NCBI GenBank assembly: GCA_964016885.1
Contig: OZ024742.1
Location: 261,826,001-261,890,000 of the forward strand
DNA length: 64,000 nucleotides
Source of the DNA: Eledone cirrhosa
Taxonomy: Eukaryota
Reading direction: 5' to 3'
Part shown: positions 24,769 through 39,590 of the stretch, piece after piece
Layout: every line of letters begins with the position of its first letter
Position numbering within the stretch: position 1 is the first letter of the stretch
Program-made: the position numbers and the translations under genes
Notes under the pieces: model-generated
Database searches by the model: none
Told to the model about the DNA's origin: nothing
The model's input: only the letters and a program-made list of their open reading frames with translations

Positions 24769-25846
24769 CAGGGAAAAATGCGGGCGCATGTAAAAAAATA
24801 TTCTTAAATTAATAAACCTAGAAAAGTAAAGGACAAGAAAACTTCTTAAAACTTCTTAAAATATTGCAGCTAAAGTCTAAATTTGAAAAAAAATATTTAG
24901 ATTATAAAACTAAAAATAAATAATTATAAGTTAATTGTTAAAAAAATATCACTTTAAAGGACTGGAAAAATGACTGTCTTATAGGGAGAGTTGACTACTG
25001 TATACTTAAATTTTTTCTTGGTGTATACAAATTAATCTTTTTAAAATAAAATTTGTACAATACTTAATTAATATGTACAATTTATTAATTTATGTTATAA
25101 GATATTTAAAAATTTTCACTCTTAATCAAATTATATTTTTAAAAATTTAGTTATAAAATAATGCAGTAAAATAAATCAAAAACAGTGCATCATATAATTG
25201 CACTTTTTATGAGTATTACAGATTTTTTTTATAATATAGTAAAATTCAACATCTCAAGGGGCAAAATTAGGTAAAAGTCAATTCATCAATTATAGTGAAT
25301 TCATCAATTCATTAGATGAACTGTTGAATTAGACAATGTTTAATTTTTAATTGTAGTCTAATTTTACTCTACCTAAAAATGTAGATTGGTTATTTTGATC
25401 TGACGGGTCTTAAATTTCATTATTAAACAATTATAATTTGTTATTATTTATCATTACAGTTGGCTCCCTAATTAATTATTAATTAATTGTTAGTGTCATC
25501 ATTTACACGCCAAAATTTTGTTTTATTTGATGTTTATAATTGTCACTCATTTTTTCAGTCCCATTTAGTAAAGTAAAATAAAGTATATTTATTTAATGAC
25601 CCAACCACTATGGTGTAAATTAGGATCACAAAATTAAATAAATGATCATAAATTAGTATTATTATCAATTAGAGAGTCAACTGTATTATTAGAATTTATC
25701 ACTTTCTATGTATATTTAAATCAAATATTTTTTATTATTCAAATTTATACTATAGCTGCAATATTTTAAGAAGTTTTCTTGTCCTTTACTTTTCTAGGTT
25801 TATTAATTTAAGAATATTTCTTTACATGCGCCCGCATTTTTCCCTG
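24769..25846. mobile_element. non-autonomous DNA transposon with ~100-bp near-perfect TIRs
   Basis: CAGGGAAAAATGCGGGCGCATGTAAA...GCAGCTA at both ends, inverted; TA flanks; very AT-rich non-coding interior. Confidence 0.9.
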
Positions 25847-26068
25847 TAATATATATATGTGTGTGTGTTTCATTTTTATGATTTTTTATTCTTCCTCTTC
25901 AGACTTAGTGATTTTTACCTATCTTCCCATTATTCTTTCATTTTCATTTATCATTTGCTATCTATTCCTCATTTTTTACCTCACCCCACACTTCTTAATA
26001 CTTTAAAACACTTTATTTCATGGTTGTCATTTAAACAATTTATTAGACATCAAAAGTTATTTCATTAA

Positions 26069-26250
26069 CCCTTTAGCATTTACATTACTCTATATTTACT
26101 ATTGTATTTTTGTGGTAAAGGCTTTATCTTGCATAATATCGAATCTATGATATTTATTTTGAGAATAATTCCTTAACATCAGTACGAATGGCCAGTTACA
26201 GCTGACAGAAATAGGTGAGAGGATTCTGGCCAATTTAAATGCTAAAAGGG
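26069..26250. mobile_element. piggyBac-type MITE, same family, opposite orientation
   Basis: TTAA TSD and same TIR. Confidence 0.82.
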
Positions 26251-26989
26251 TTAAAAAATAAAACACCCTGACAATATGTATATGAAACTACATATATATA
26301 TGTTTCAATGAGATTGACGTGTTGGTGGTGTTTTATGTGCTTTTAATTATTATTTGCTAGGTATTGAGAAAGGAGCTCTGCAGTCACCTCTGAGACTGAT
26401 GAGATTCAAGCTATTCGTGTTCAGTTTAAATTGTTGCAAACCAACTCTTATGTGAATAATGTGCAGGGAAAGAATTCCCATGGGAGGAAGGACTAATTCT
26501 ATACATCTAGAACCAACAAAGTAAATGAGCAATAACAATGATATTGAATTAGATCTTTCACTGATTTGGTTTCAGTCATTCGACTCGTGTGTGGTCATAC
26601 AGGGGCAACATCTTAAAAAGTTTTGGCAATTATACTGATGCCCATCTTTATTTCAATCTATTACTGTATATACTCGAATATAAGCTGATCCCACCCCCTA
26701 TTTTATGTCTGAGAAATGGGCAAAAATCAAAAGCTCATTTATAAGCCGTGGCAGCTACTTAACACATTGGTTGGGCCACAATAAAATGCACCCAGTCAGG
26801 TGGTAGTGTTGATGTCATAATAAAAAGTACCCAGTATACTCTGTAGAGTGATAGTGCTGGTGCCACAATGAAATGTACCAATTTGTAAAGTGGTAGTGTA
26901 TGTATCCTGATAATTGCACCCAGTCCATTCTGTAAAGTAGTTGATGTTAAGAAGGGCATCCAGATATAAAATAGAGAATGTATAAGCTA

Positions 26990-27253
<264 letters not shown>

Positions 27254-28851
27254 CTATGTCTCACCAGTATATCTATGCAAGCATTAAGGCTATTTTTGCT
27301 CACTAAAGTAGAGGTTAACATTGTGCGGTCCATGACATGCTTAATGTTCATCATGGAGTATTTTTTATATGAGAATATTTTATGGTAGGATGCTCTTGGT
27401 GCTAACACTCTTAGTTGCCCCCTATGACATGCAGGGATACACTACCTATTCTAAACTGGATACACATATAACTTTATTGCTTGCCCCACTTTTCTGCCTA
27501 AATTTGCCACATGTAATGTCTGATATAATCTTATGTTGAAAACCTTAGTTAATTCAGTGAAAATTTGATTCATGTTAACTTTGGTCATAAATATTTAATT
27601 GAGGCTGATCATTTTATATTGGATATACATGTGCATACAAGGTGTAGTATTTGGCATTGCATGTGAAGGAGATGATTCAGTCAGTGGACAATTTCTTGGA
27701 AAATAATAATTGCAACTTTGCATAAATATATTATTTGAAACCCATTTTTATTCAGTGCTTATGTATGTGTTCTTGTAATGTAATTCAGCAAATAGAGATT
27801 GATAATAAGTAATATGATTGTCAAAACTCTTTAAAACATTGCCACTGTATGATCACAGATCAGTTGAATGACTGAAACCAATTCAGTGAAAGATAATTTA
27901 TTTTTTTGGTATTATCCATTTGTTTTGTTGAACTAAAATTCACTGCACCTTACCTCCCTTAAACAAATACCACACAATTACAAAAGTCCTCGTGTTCATG
28001 CCTAACTCTCACTAAGGATCTCTCATGGTGAACGCACATCCTCCCCTACTAAGCTAAGGTAATACCAACAATGGAGTACTCTTCTCAAATCTAGACTGTA
28101 TCCAGAAAAAAGACCATTTATCTGATTGGCAGAAAGTGATTGTTAGACACACTCCAGCCTTTGGCTGAACTCATATCACCTTCACACAAACCTTCCTGCC
28201 TCATTTGTCTTTCCTTCATTCATCACCCATATTGTGTCCCCAAGCTCTGCACAAACCACTAAACCCATTTATTCTTCTACAGAATTGGAATTCTTTCATG
28301 CAAGAGTCAACTTGCAGCTATTTAAATTGAACATCCAACAGCTTTAATCTAATTGGTTTTGGAAGGCCTGCAAAGGTCATGGAAACAGCCCCTTCCACAT
28401 CACCGAGCAAATAATAAAAACCGTAACACACTGCCATCACATCAACACCTCAACAACATTGACAACATAAATCTCGTTCAAATATACATATGTGTAATGG
28501 TACATCTACATATAGTCTGTTTTTTTTTTATTAAATAAATTGTTTAAATGACAACTATGGAATAAAGAAAGTGCTTTAAAGTATTGAAAAAGGGGAAGAT
28601 AGATAAAGGAAAGAGAAATATATAATTTTTCTAAGAGAGAGCATTTGTTATGGCAATAGCAGTAACTGAGGAAAAAGAAGAGATTGAGAAGGAAGTGGAC
28701 ATAAAAACGGGGAATCGATAGGATTTGGGAGAGGGAAAATAATAAATAAAAGTGAAAGAGTAGTGAAAGGTTAAAAACGTGAAGGAACAAACAATTGTTA
28801 AATAAAAAATGAGAGAATAGGAGGAGCAATCGGACAGACATACAAAACTTT

Positions 28852-28905
<54 letters not shown>

Positions 28906-29295
28906 TACACACACACACACATATATGTCACGCACATAGTTGGTCAAGTTATACAAGAAGGGGTCAATAATTGGCATAGTAGAGTCATAGTAAATTGGTA
29001 ATGGTGGCGCCACAATAAAATGCATTCAGTACACTTTGAATAGTAGTTGGTGTTAGGAAGGGCATCCAGCTATAATATGGAATGCATGAGCAGGATGTGG
29101 TTCTCTGACTTGTTTAGTCTCAGACTGTGATAGCTTGTCTAACTCAAGCCAACATAGAATGCAGATGTAAAATAGCAATCAGAAAGTTTATTCATCAAAA
29201 TTTGCATTAATGCAAAACTGACTTAAGTGACAATGTGAACAACATGCAACTGTATTTGCTATAATGAAACAAAAAACCGAAGAAATAAAACTTAC

Positions 29296-29352
29296 CTTTA
29301 CCAGTACGTGGGTCTCTGGACACTTTTTCTATTTTTTTCACACTGCCAAAAT
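29296..29352 (-). CDS. SMG1: SMG1 exon (FGSVKKIEKVSRDPRTGK)
   Basis: ctcag/gtaag, phase 1-1, RDPxTGK motif. Confidence 0.9.
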
Positions 29353-30676
29353 CTGAGAAAATAAAAAGATCATTAGTACAGATGAAACTAATTAACTTAT
29401 CTCACACGTTTCTATTTAGAACAGTGACCTGTCAGTAATTGGGTCCTTTGTCACTTTTTTGTCCCATGATAAAATGCACCCACTACACTCTGTAGAGTGT
29501 ACTGGGTGGTTTTGGTGCCATGTTAAAAATCACCCAGCATATTTTGTATAGTGGTTGATGTAAGTAGAAATCATGCCAAAATACAGAACACAAGATCTGG
29601 TTATTTGACCATGTTTTATCTTGGACAGTGACTACCTGTCCAACCAATGCCATCACGGAAGGTGGATGTAATATGATAGCCGTTTGAATGACAGGAGAGC
29701 CTATGCAACAAATTTCCACATTGTTTACTTCTACCCATTTTCACTAATAAGACAGTGTTTATTCAATGTGCTTTGTAATGGGATTGCACCTGGAACTTCA
29801 TGAGCACAAACTAAACATCTTAGCCAAGATTATACTTGGATCCTGTCATTAGACAAGTACTACACTTGTAACCAAATCTTACAACATGGCTGTGAGAGTG
29901 ACATGAAACCAGACTGATTGTATATCATCTCATTCTTTACTAGATTTCTAATGAAAGACACTTTGATTTTCAAATAATTTTGAAAATAAAGATTTGATAA
30001 AATAACTTTCTCATTTTTAAGCTAGTGTTTGGAACATAAAGATTCTTACATAAAATTGTGATGGAAGGTTTCTAGATAAATATTAAACACTAGAACCAAG
30101 GAAGTTTGTTAACTAAAAAGTTAAGAACATTGTCCACACATATTGATTTTACTTGATTCAAGACAATGTTCACACTAGTGCTGGCATCACAATAAAATGC
30201 CCCCAGCTGCACACCATAAAGTGGGAGTGTTGGTGTTGTGATAAAATACACCCAGTAATCACTGTAAAATGGTTGGCATTAGAAAGAGCATCTAGGTGTA
30301 GAAACCATGCCAAAATGAAATGCATGATCAAGATGTGGTCGACTGACCTATTTAAATTTTGATCCATGATGACTTGTCCAAGCCATGACAACATGGAAAA
30401 GGCCATAAAAGTGGTGATGAAAGTACCACCATTATTATATAGTAGCGGTAGAGTGTCAGACGGCATGCTTTGTAGTATCGAGTTACGGCCCTTTACAGTC
30501 TGAGTTCAAATCTCGCTGAAGCTAATTCTGCCTTTCATCCTTACGGGATCGATAAAATAAAACACCAGTAATGCACTGGGGTAATTGATGGCCTTGTGCC
30601 AAAAGTAGAAACATATCATCTATAGAGACACAACCAAGCAAATTAAGAAAATAAAAACAAATAAAAAGTATTCTAC

Positions 30677-30796
30677 TTGATTTAATTGCTACTCCTGACT
30701 GAGGAGTACTTGGAGGAGTTCCAGTAAACATCTCTCTTCCAAGAGGGGTCATCTTCTTCAGCAGACAAGGTTCTTTGTCCAATGGCTTCTTTAGGG
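30677..30796 (-). CDS. SMG1: SMG1 exon (LKKPLDKEPCLLKKMTPLG...AIKS)
   Basis: ttcag acceptor, weak donor A|gtagaa, 120 nt phase 1-1; poorly conserved region. Confidence 0.7.
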
Positions 30797-31166
30797 CTGA
30801 AAATATAGAATCGGACATGGTCACTGGCCTGCTGAGAGGATGAATGAGATATGAGTGGAAAGGGTCAGTATGAGAGAGAGAGAGAGATATGTGTGTGTAA
30901 ACCATTTTTGGTATGGTTTCCATAATTGGATACCTTTCCAAATGCCTACCACTTCACAGAGTATACTCGGTGCATTTTATTGTGACATCAACACAAGCAC
31001 CTAACAGAATGTGCAGGGTGCATTTTACTGTTACACCAGCACTATCACTTTAGGGAGTGTACTGGGTGTATTTTATTGTGGTGCTGACACTGGTGAGTTT
31101 GCCTTGTATCTTGTGTGATTGAGGGGTATGTTCAATGGTTAAATATGTTTGATTGGAATTAACTCT

Positions 31167-31376
31167 TAACATTCTGTAATGATTCAGCAGAAAATATCTA
31201 AAACAAGTTTGTTAATTCAGATGCTTATAGTATCTTCATTACTGGACAGATTGTTATGAAAATTTACAGTAAACTAAAGTAATGACTTCCATTTTTAATG
31301 TGTTGCAGTCATAGTGCTGCTTTCTACTTTACAAGAAAGTCTTACAAATGTAGTTTTATACAGTACAGAATGTTAA
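31167..31376. mobile_element. MITE with TTAACATTCTGTA termini; family copies near 16320, 46230-46420, 54960, 55160, 62430
   Basis: Inverted ends ttaacattctgta/tacagaatgttaa; repeated internal sequence. Confidence 0.75.
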
Positions 31377-31459
31377 GTATTAAAAGAATATGTGATGAAT
31401 GAATGTGTGTTGTTTAAATGATATAAACAAAGGTAGTACATGATGGATAAAAAACTTAC

Positions 31460-31551
31460 CAGACACAAAATTCATTGCACCATTTTCTTCATCCTCCCAA
31501 TCTTTCTCTGAGATAAGGGGAGGAGCAAAGGCAATCAGGTTATCATAAATT
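31460..31551 (-). CDS. SMG1: SMG1 exon (IYDNLIAFAPPLISEKDWEDEENGAMNFVS)
   Basis: acag/gtaag, phase 2-1. Confidence 0.9.
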
Positions 31552-33559
31552 CTGTAAGAAACAACACACAGAATAACATTGCATTACTGAGAACATTCAT
31601 GACCGAGTTTTAATGGTGTTTAAGTACATATGTAACTGTATGTGAGTACATGAAAGTGAGCTTGTATATGTACGTGTATTTCAGTGTTTTTTAAATACAG
31701 TCTATATGTGAAATGTGCAACACACATAGTAAAGAGGATCCTGTATTCAGAACTTCAGGACAGCAAGAGAAACTAACCCAACTTCTGGGGTCAAAAGAAG
31801 TGATATACAGACAATTTTCACAATACCCTGAACAAGTGTTAAATACCATTGACAGACAGGGAAACCTGTGCAAATGACAATCAACCCAGGAACTATTGAG
31901 ATACAAGTGCTTAGAACAGAGGAGGCCTCCCAACACCAAACTTGCTTGGTGTAACATGCACAGAGCAGCATTTCATCCTCAACAACAGTGACAACCTACA
32001 GGTGTAGATCTAGGGTCAATCTGAGCTCATGAGAGTACATGATTGAAGTAGTTACTAGAATTACATCAACATTAATATGACAGACCACTGGAGAAGAAAA
32101 AGTGTGTAACTGAAAATATATAAAGGGAGGGAGGATTGGAGGAACAACCTATCACTGCAAGGCAAGTCATAGCACTATAGACTTAATGTTTTATTAACTT
32201 GCAGTTCAGAGTTCAACTCTTCTTGTTGGTATATAGAATAGCTAGAAAAGTAAAATTGTTGTTACAGCTCACACCTATGTAGGTTTAGCTGGTCTCCTAC
32301 AAGAGTGTATCTCATAGGAGGTTTCTCATGTGTTTTATATGAAAGGGGCCCCAGTTTTATAATGAAAAGATTCACCCCTAGACTGAACGCCTGTGTTAAC
32401 CCACAGCTGCCGCTGGTACTCATATTTTTTTTAGTTGAGTGGAATGGAGCAACATGAAATAAAATGTCTTGCTCAAGAACACAAAGAAATGTCTTATCCA
32501 GGAATCAAAACCACTGTGCCAAATTACCTTCTCCTTAGATATATACTAGACAAAGATAAAACCCAGATTTGCCAACTGATCTCATTGGGTAATGAGGGCT
32601 CACTATTTAAAAAAAAACACCATCTATAGCATCAGATCCACAATCTAAAAGTGACAGAGAGTGTACATTTTCCAGATTGATATGCATCTTTAATTTAGGA
32701 ACATGTATCTAACAGATGTAATCAATATTATTTTAGGTGCAGGTATGTCTATGTCGTTAAGGAGTTTGTTTTGAAACCACATGGTTTTGGGTTTAGTCCC
32801 ACTGTGGAGCACATTGGGCAAATGTTTTCTACTAAGGCCTTGTGTTGACCAATGCCCTGTCAGTGAAATTTGGTACATGGAAACTGTGAAAGCTCATTGT
32901 ATATATTACTGTGTGCGCGTGCGTGCGTCTTGAAAAAATAAGTACTGTAGTTGATTGGATCAACTAAATCCTTTCAAGGTGGTACCCCAGAATGGCTGCA
33001 GTCTAATGAATAAGAATAAAAGAGCAAAAATATACACTATCTATAGGATCAGATCCATAATCTTATGGTTATGAACAGTGTACAGCTTCCATATAGATAT
33101 GTCTCTTTAACTTAGAGATACATATCTAACAGATGCAGCCAATATTATGGGAGCATTAATGCTAGTGATGAACACTATATGAGTAACAGCATGATTAATA
33201 GACATCCTTTGGTTTTAATGCTGAGTCTTTCAGTTAAACTGGGTAGATGTCATGTTCTTGAATAAGATGTTTCATTTCAGGCTGCTTTTTATGATTGGAT
33301 TGAGGTCCTTATTAAAATACCAGAGATATACCCTCATAGGTGAGTTGTAAATTTCATATTTCGTTTCAACATACCCACCAGTTGAATTATAGTTCATTTT
33401 TCCCAGTTAATTGAACTGGAGCAATGAGAAGTTAAGTGTCTTGCTCAAGAACACAATGCGCCGCCGGGAATTGAACTCACAAACACCTCTAACCACTAAG
33501 CTGTGTACCTCCACACCCAACTCTAGCAACAACAAACCCAACTAAAACAACATACTTAC

Positions 33560-33744
33560 CCAACAGTTAAAGTTTTTAGATATTCAATCACTTTCTCGGC
33601 CTTCCTCATATCTTCCTTGCAAACATCTTCACTAACAGCTAGTTTGAGGGCCATGGCCAGGTTCTCAGAGAAACTCTTGTAAGTTGAAAGGTAATCTCGT
33701 ATACTACCAGGTTGTGGTGTGGTGCCATAATCTTGTTCTTCAAG
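33560..33744 (-). CDS. SMG1: SMG1 exon (LEEQDYGTTPQPGSIRDYLSTYKSFSENL...TV)
   Basis: taaag/gtaagt, phase 0-2, open. Confidence 0.85.
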
Positions 33745-33847
33745 CTTTAAAGATAAAGTTAGACATTTAGATGTGTGTATATGATTTAAAATAGGTACAC
33801 CATTATGTTCCTAACTTAATGAAAATGTTAAGTTATATTATTATCAT

Positions 33848-34020
33848 ATATACTCAAATATAAGCTGAGGAATATGTGACCAAAACATCGAAGGGAGAAG
33901 GGAGTTGGCTCATATTTGGGGTCAATATCTTGATTTTCAAGGTTTGGACTTTTGCCCATTTCTCAGACATAAAATAATGGGGCTGACATATTTGTATCGG
34001 CTTATATTCGAGTATATATA
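33848..34020. mobile_element. Tc2/pogo-type MITE; related partial copy at ~26662-26750
   Basis: TATATACTCrAATATAAGC inverted termini. Confidence 0.65.
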
Positions 34021-34396
34021 AATTCTTGATTATTTTCAAAATTATATAAATATAATATGCAGTTATCTTTTATTGGAATTATGGTAAAGAAAGGGTTAAA
34101 GGAAGTGAAATAGTTTAAACTGTGGATTGAAGCATTGATTGTAGCATTAATTTTCCAATGATTTACTGTCCCATAAAAGGTTAGTTTTTTTCTCCTGCAC
34201 ATTTGAATGTGTCACTATTACTAGAGTAATAGCATATTTACAACAATCTACCCAACTACCAACCACTAACAACATTATATTTACAGCAATCTACCCCTCT
34301 ACCAACTACTAACCACTGTGTATTTACAGCAATCTGGTTATCTTCATACTGTACACTTAGTACACCAATCACCACAGAAATAAAAAATAAATCTAC

Positions 34397-34495
34397 CTTT
34401 GCTACTGACTTCAGAATGGTACGGATCTCTGACATCAGCTTGTGATGGGATGCCACAATAGCCTTGATGGCACTGACTTGGTGGGCTAAGTTATC
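34397..34495 (-). CDS. SMG1: SMG1 exon (DNLAHQVSAIKAIVASHHKLMSEIRTILKSVAK)
   Basis: ttcag/gtagat, 99 nt phase 0-0. Confidence 0.9.
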
Positions 34496-35770
34496 CTGAA
34501 AATGAAACAAATATTGGTTATGATGCAACTGACAATACAAGTAGAAAACACAAATAACTGTTGAAAGATGCCACAATAAAATGCAGCTAGTACACACTGT
34601 AAGGTGGTTGATGTTAGGAAGAGCATCCAGTCATAGAAACCTATATGGAATATATGAGGAAGAAGAGTCTCAAACCCATGCCAGCATGGAAGGAAGATGT
34701 AAAATGATGATGATGATGATGATAAACTCATTAGATTTAGTATTGTCTACAAAATAAATATCACAGGTACATTATTTCCTGTTCATTTTTTCATACAGGC
34801 ATGGATTGGACAGGCCATCACAGACCAAATTAGTATTTGACTGGAGCTATGTTCTATTTACATACGTTCCAGCTTTGGCATAATTTCAACAGCTGGATGC
34901 CCTTCCTAGCACCAACCACTTTATAGACTGTACTGGGTACATTTTATCATGGTACCAGCAATAGGGTGGTTGTCATGTCCATGACACAACTGTAGAGTCC
35001 TCTTAACTCATTGCTTGGTATGGTTTCTATGACTGGATGCCCTTTGCAATGCCAACTACTTCACAGTGTACTGGGTGTCTTATGGCAGCAACACTAGAGA
35101 AGTTAGCAAGTCAAGTCTGTGACAGGGAAAAGAGGCTTCTCTCCTCCCACATTTCATCATCATCATCATCACCATTACACGTCCATTTTCCACTCTAGCA
35201 TGGGTTAGATGGGTTGTCCTATTTGAGGAAAGTCGAAGTTGGATGACCATGTCTTGCTCATACAGAACTGATTTTTGTTGCGACACCTACCTACATGACC
35301 ACTTTATAGTGTGGGCAAGGTGTCTTTTGTTGTGATACCTACATGACCACTTTACAGTGTGGGCTGGGCGCTTTTTGTCGTGTCACTGCCACAACCATTT
35401 AACAGTGTGGGCTGGGTTTTTTGGTAAGAACGGTGTGTGGGAGGGGGCAGTGTTAGGGCGTAGGAGGTATATGGAAGGGGATGAAGGTGAAGGTGGTGCA
35501 TACCAGATGCGGGAGGTGTATGGGAGGGGGTGGAGGTGAATACTATATGTATGTTTCAGCCTGTACTCATGGGAATATATATTGTTGGTCAGCCTATGAC
35601 TAAATGACATGTTCTCATATGTTTGAAATTTGTTGCTAGAATGAATACATGATTGTATAATGGAGGAGAAAATAGAGAAGGATATAGGGTGACACAAAAG
35701 TCACAAGACCATTTTAATATATATATATATTTTTACATATGTATATATATATACAAACACACACAAACGT

Positions 35771-35802
<32 letters not shown>

Positions 35803-35992
35803 CACACATACCCATACATACACGAGAGAGAGAGAGAGACATACACATATCTATACACACTTAAAGGTACTCGTAAATATACAAAAGCACACACACATAT
35901 ATGCATACATACAATATGTACATATATAGACAAAATTTTTTTTATACGCATATACCTAAATGCATACATGGATATACACACACATACATATA

Positions 35993-37272
35993 CAGGGTGT
36001 GAACGATATTTGTTCGCAAGATTACTGTCTACGAAAAAATAACACAGTTTTATTTTTTAAGATTTATTTATCAAACTTGGGTCAGTTTGTCTTCATGACT
36101 TGTTCTTTCAATCTCACTCGATAAATCCGCCATTGGCTTTGATGATGGCCTCAAGGCGGCCTTGGAACCGGCTACAGGCCTTCGTCGTCACTGGCCCCCG
36201 ACTTAGGCCCCTAAAGGCACTTGTGATCCTGGCTTTCAGATCGTCTTTCGTATTGCAGCTAGATCTGTTGGTGTCTCGTTCCACTGTGCCCTTCACAAAG
36301 AAGTCGAAGGGGTTGCAGTCAGGCGAGCTGAGAGGTCAGATGTCAGGTGAAGTGTGGTCGAGGAAGTTCTCTGACAGCCAGGCTTGGGTCTTTCGGCTGG
36401 TATGGCAGGGCGCTGAATCTTGCTGCTACACGTACAGTCTACCTGTAGCTACCTGGTCGATCCAGGGCTTTACTACTTCACTCAGAACACGGATGTAGCC
36501 ATCGGTATTCAGCTTGAGGCCCTCAGGGAAGAAGTGACGTGGCATGACGTCACCTTGACTGCTGACGACACCTAAGACCAATGTTGTCGCTGGAAACTTT
36601 GCATGACTCTGGGCACGTCTTTGGATGAGACAGCGAGCCACCTGTTACTCTGGGAGTTGATCTAGTCTTGGCAGAAGTTTTTCTCATCGGAGAAAAACCA
36701 TAGCATGTCTGGCTCCAGTGGAGTGTTGCTCAGCTTCTTTTCGTGCTTCAGTCGCTTTTCTTGCATCGCCTTTGACAGAAATTGTCTTTTCCTCATCTTG
36801 TATGAAACGTAGCAAATGTCTTCATGTACCACCAGCTTAATGAGCTTTTCATCAACGCCTTTCTCCCTTGCAATGGCACGCATCAACTTGCTAGGTTCAT
36901 TGTTGATATCCTGAACTTCAGCGACAAACTCGGATGTTCTGAAGGCGTCAGATTGTCGATCATGTGTTTTCCTCTCTGATGTTGCTTCGTAGTCGAATCC
37001 TGAATCTTCCAATTCCTTTCTGACCTTTTCCACCATTCTCTTGACTCTGAAAAAGTCTGAAATTTCCTTATTTGTCCTCCTGGTGCGGATTCCAAGAAGA
37101 ACTGTGTCTCTTCCACAAATTTGGAGGTTCAAAATTATTCATAATCAATTATTCTGAAAATAAATAATGGAAATATAGTCACTGTTTTTATGAAGACAAG
37201 AGTGACAACGGAAGTAAAAAAAATTTGCATAAAATTAGCAGTTGAAAATTGCGAAATATCGTCCGCACCCTG
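35993..37272 (-). mobile_element. Tc1/mariner-superfamily DD37D (maT) transposon, decayed
   Basis: TIRs CAGGGTGyGrACGATATTT, TA TSD; WFFSDEKNF and QQDSAPCH...SPDCNPFD with 37 residues between the last two Asp; stops and frameshifts. Confidence 0.92.
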
Positions 37273-37531
37273 TACATATATATACATACATACGCATACA
37301 CACGCGTACATGCACATAAATATACACATATATGCATATACATGCATACATACACACGCATGTACACAATATAAGAGGACATAACACACGTACATACGCG
37401 CACACACACACATACATACATATAGACACGCGTACATGCACATAAGTATATATATATATATGTGTATGTGTGTTCACACAAAAATATATACACATACATG
37501 TACACAATATAAGTGGGAGGGCATAACACGT

Positions 37532-37570
<39 letters not shown>

Positions 37571-37624
37571 CATACATACACGTGTGTGTGTACATACATA
37601 TAGGCAGACAAACTATATATACAC

Positions 37625-39590
37625 ATGTACGCGCAGGTAGGTGACAAGATTGAAAAAGTCATACAAAGAATGAGATGGAAGGCGATGATTTTCGATGGAC
37701 AATTCTGTGCTGATTCTACTGACTACTTTGATATTAAATCACGCAAATACCCACCTAGAGTTAAGGATATGGCCCACTTCGAAATAGACCTAGTTAACAT
37801 GATTAATGACTTGAAATACTGTAAGTACAACAACAATTTTCAATCCAAACTCTTTAACAACATTTCTAATTTTAAACGCTCTAATAATACTTTAGTTTTC
37901 TCTGACAAAACCCAAAATCTTTATGAAGTCAACAATAATTTGTATAATCAACTATTAACAGATGGCCTCACTGCTAAATACCAAGAAACTAACATTAATA
38001 TTTATAATATCATTAATAATGAAGCTAAAGCCCTAGCTTTAAAAATTGATAACCGAACTGAAATCCTAGCCAAACGTAAAGCATATATTACCCTTAAAGA
38101 TCATAAATCAGACGTTACTAATCGTCCTAGTTGTAGACTAATCAACCCTGCTAAATCTGAAATTGGTCTTGCGAGTAAAAACTCCTAAGAAATATAATAC
38201 TTCAAATAACTAAGACTGAATTATCCCAATGGTTAAATACTTCCTCTGTTATATCTTGGTTTAATAATATTCAAGGAAAAAATATTGTTTATTTTTACCC
38301 CTCTATCACAGAATCCTTATTAATTAAAGCCTTAGATTTTGCTAGACTTTTCATTAATATTTCTAAATTACACACTAGGAAAACATTACTTTTCGCTAAA
38401 GAAGGTACTTGGATTTAAAAAATCAAGCTCGGAAAACTCTTTTGATGTCTCGATGGGCTCATATGATAGCGCCGATGTCTGTGATTTAGTAGGTTTATTC
38501 CCCCTCCACACCCTTAAAGAGAAATTTCCTTGCCATAATATCGGCTTATACCGAAACGATGGTTTGGCAGTTTCTCATACCACCAACGGCCATAACCTTG
38601 ATAAATTCCATAAAGACTTAATACCTTTGCTAACTTAAACCTAAAAATTACTATAGATATGAATCTTACTAATACAAACTTGATATCAATCTTGACCTAC
38701 ATACTGCCTCTTTTAAACCCTATCATAAACCCAATGACAATTTAAGATATATATACACAAAGAGTCTTGCCATCCTCCTATAGTCTTTAAAAATCTTATT
38801 CCTAACATTAGTCATAGGATCTCTACCTTATCTTCGTCTATTGATATTTTTAATAAAGCTGCCCCTTATTATAATTAGGCCCTCAAAAACAGCGGTTCCC
38901 CTGAACAAATCAAATATTTACCTACTCCTCTTTCTAACACTAAACACCATAACAGGAAAAGAAAAATTATATGGTTTACACCTTTCTAACAGTTAAAACT
39001 AACGTAGGAAGAAAATTCCTCGAACTCCTAGACAAACATTTTCCCCAAAATCATAGATATAATAAGATATTTAATAGAAATTTAGTTAAAATCAGCTACT
39101 CTTGCTGCCCATCAATGAAAACCAAAATCACCAACTCAAATGTAACTAGAGGAAACCCAGGATGCAGTTGCAGGAAATCTGAAGAATGCCTATTACAGGG
39201 CAAATGTAATACCAAATCTATTGTATATGAGGCCAAGTTGACACCGATTATAAATAACCAGCTAGCCAGAAGTGAGCAATATGTTGGCATGACACAGGAC
39301 AAATTTAAAACCAGGTATTATGCACACGTCGCTTCATTTAAACACCCTGAAAAAAGAACATCAATGGCGCTGGCAAATAAAGTGTGGGAGTTTAAAGACA
39401 GAAACATTCAATTGATTGGCCAATTTTAGACCACTCAAACGAATATCAAAGGGGCACAAAGAAATGTTCTTTGTGTATAACGGAAAAATTTAGAATTCTT
39501 CAAAATTTGAAAACCCCTCCCACTTGCCTCAACTCTAAGACTGAGATCTTCAGAAGTTGTCCGCACCTGAAATCGCATCTCCTTTTTAGC
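37625..39590 (+). mobile_element. Penelope-like retroelement (RT + C-terminal GIY-YIG), decayed; Naiad-like motifs
   Basis: CRLINPAKSEIG, FDVSMGSYDSADVCDLVG, GLYRNDGL, Cys-rich linker CSC..C....C, SIVY...YVGMT...FKTRY..H; multiple frameshifts. Confidence 0.88.

Noticed and set aside
38971-39590. Selenocysteine recoding as reported for some Naiad Penelope-like elements
   Set aside because: The conserved Cys positions I could read are TGC/TGT, not TGA.
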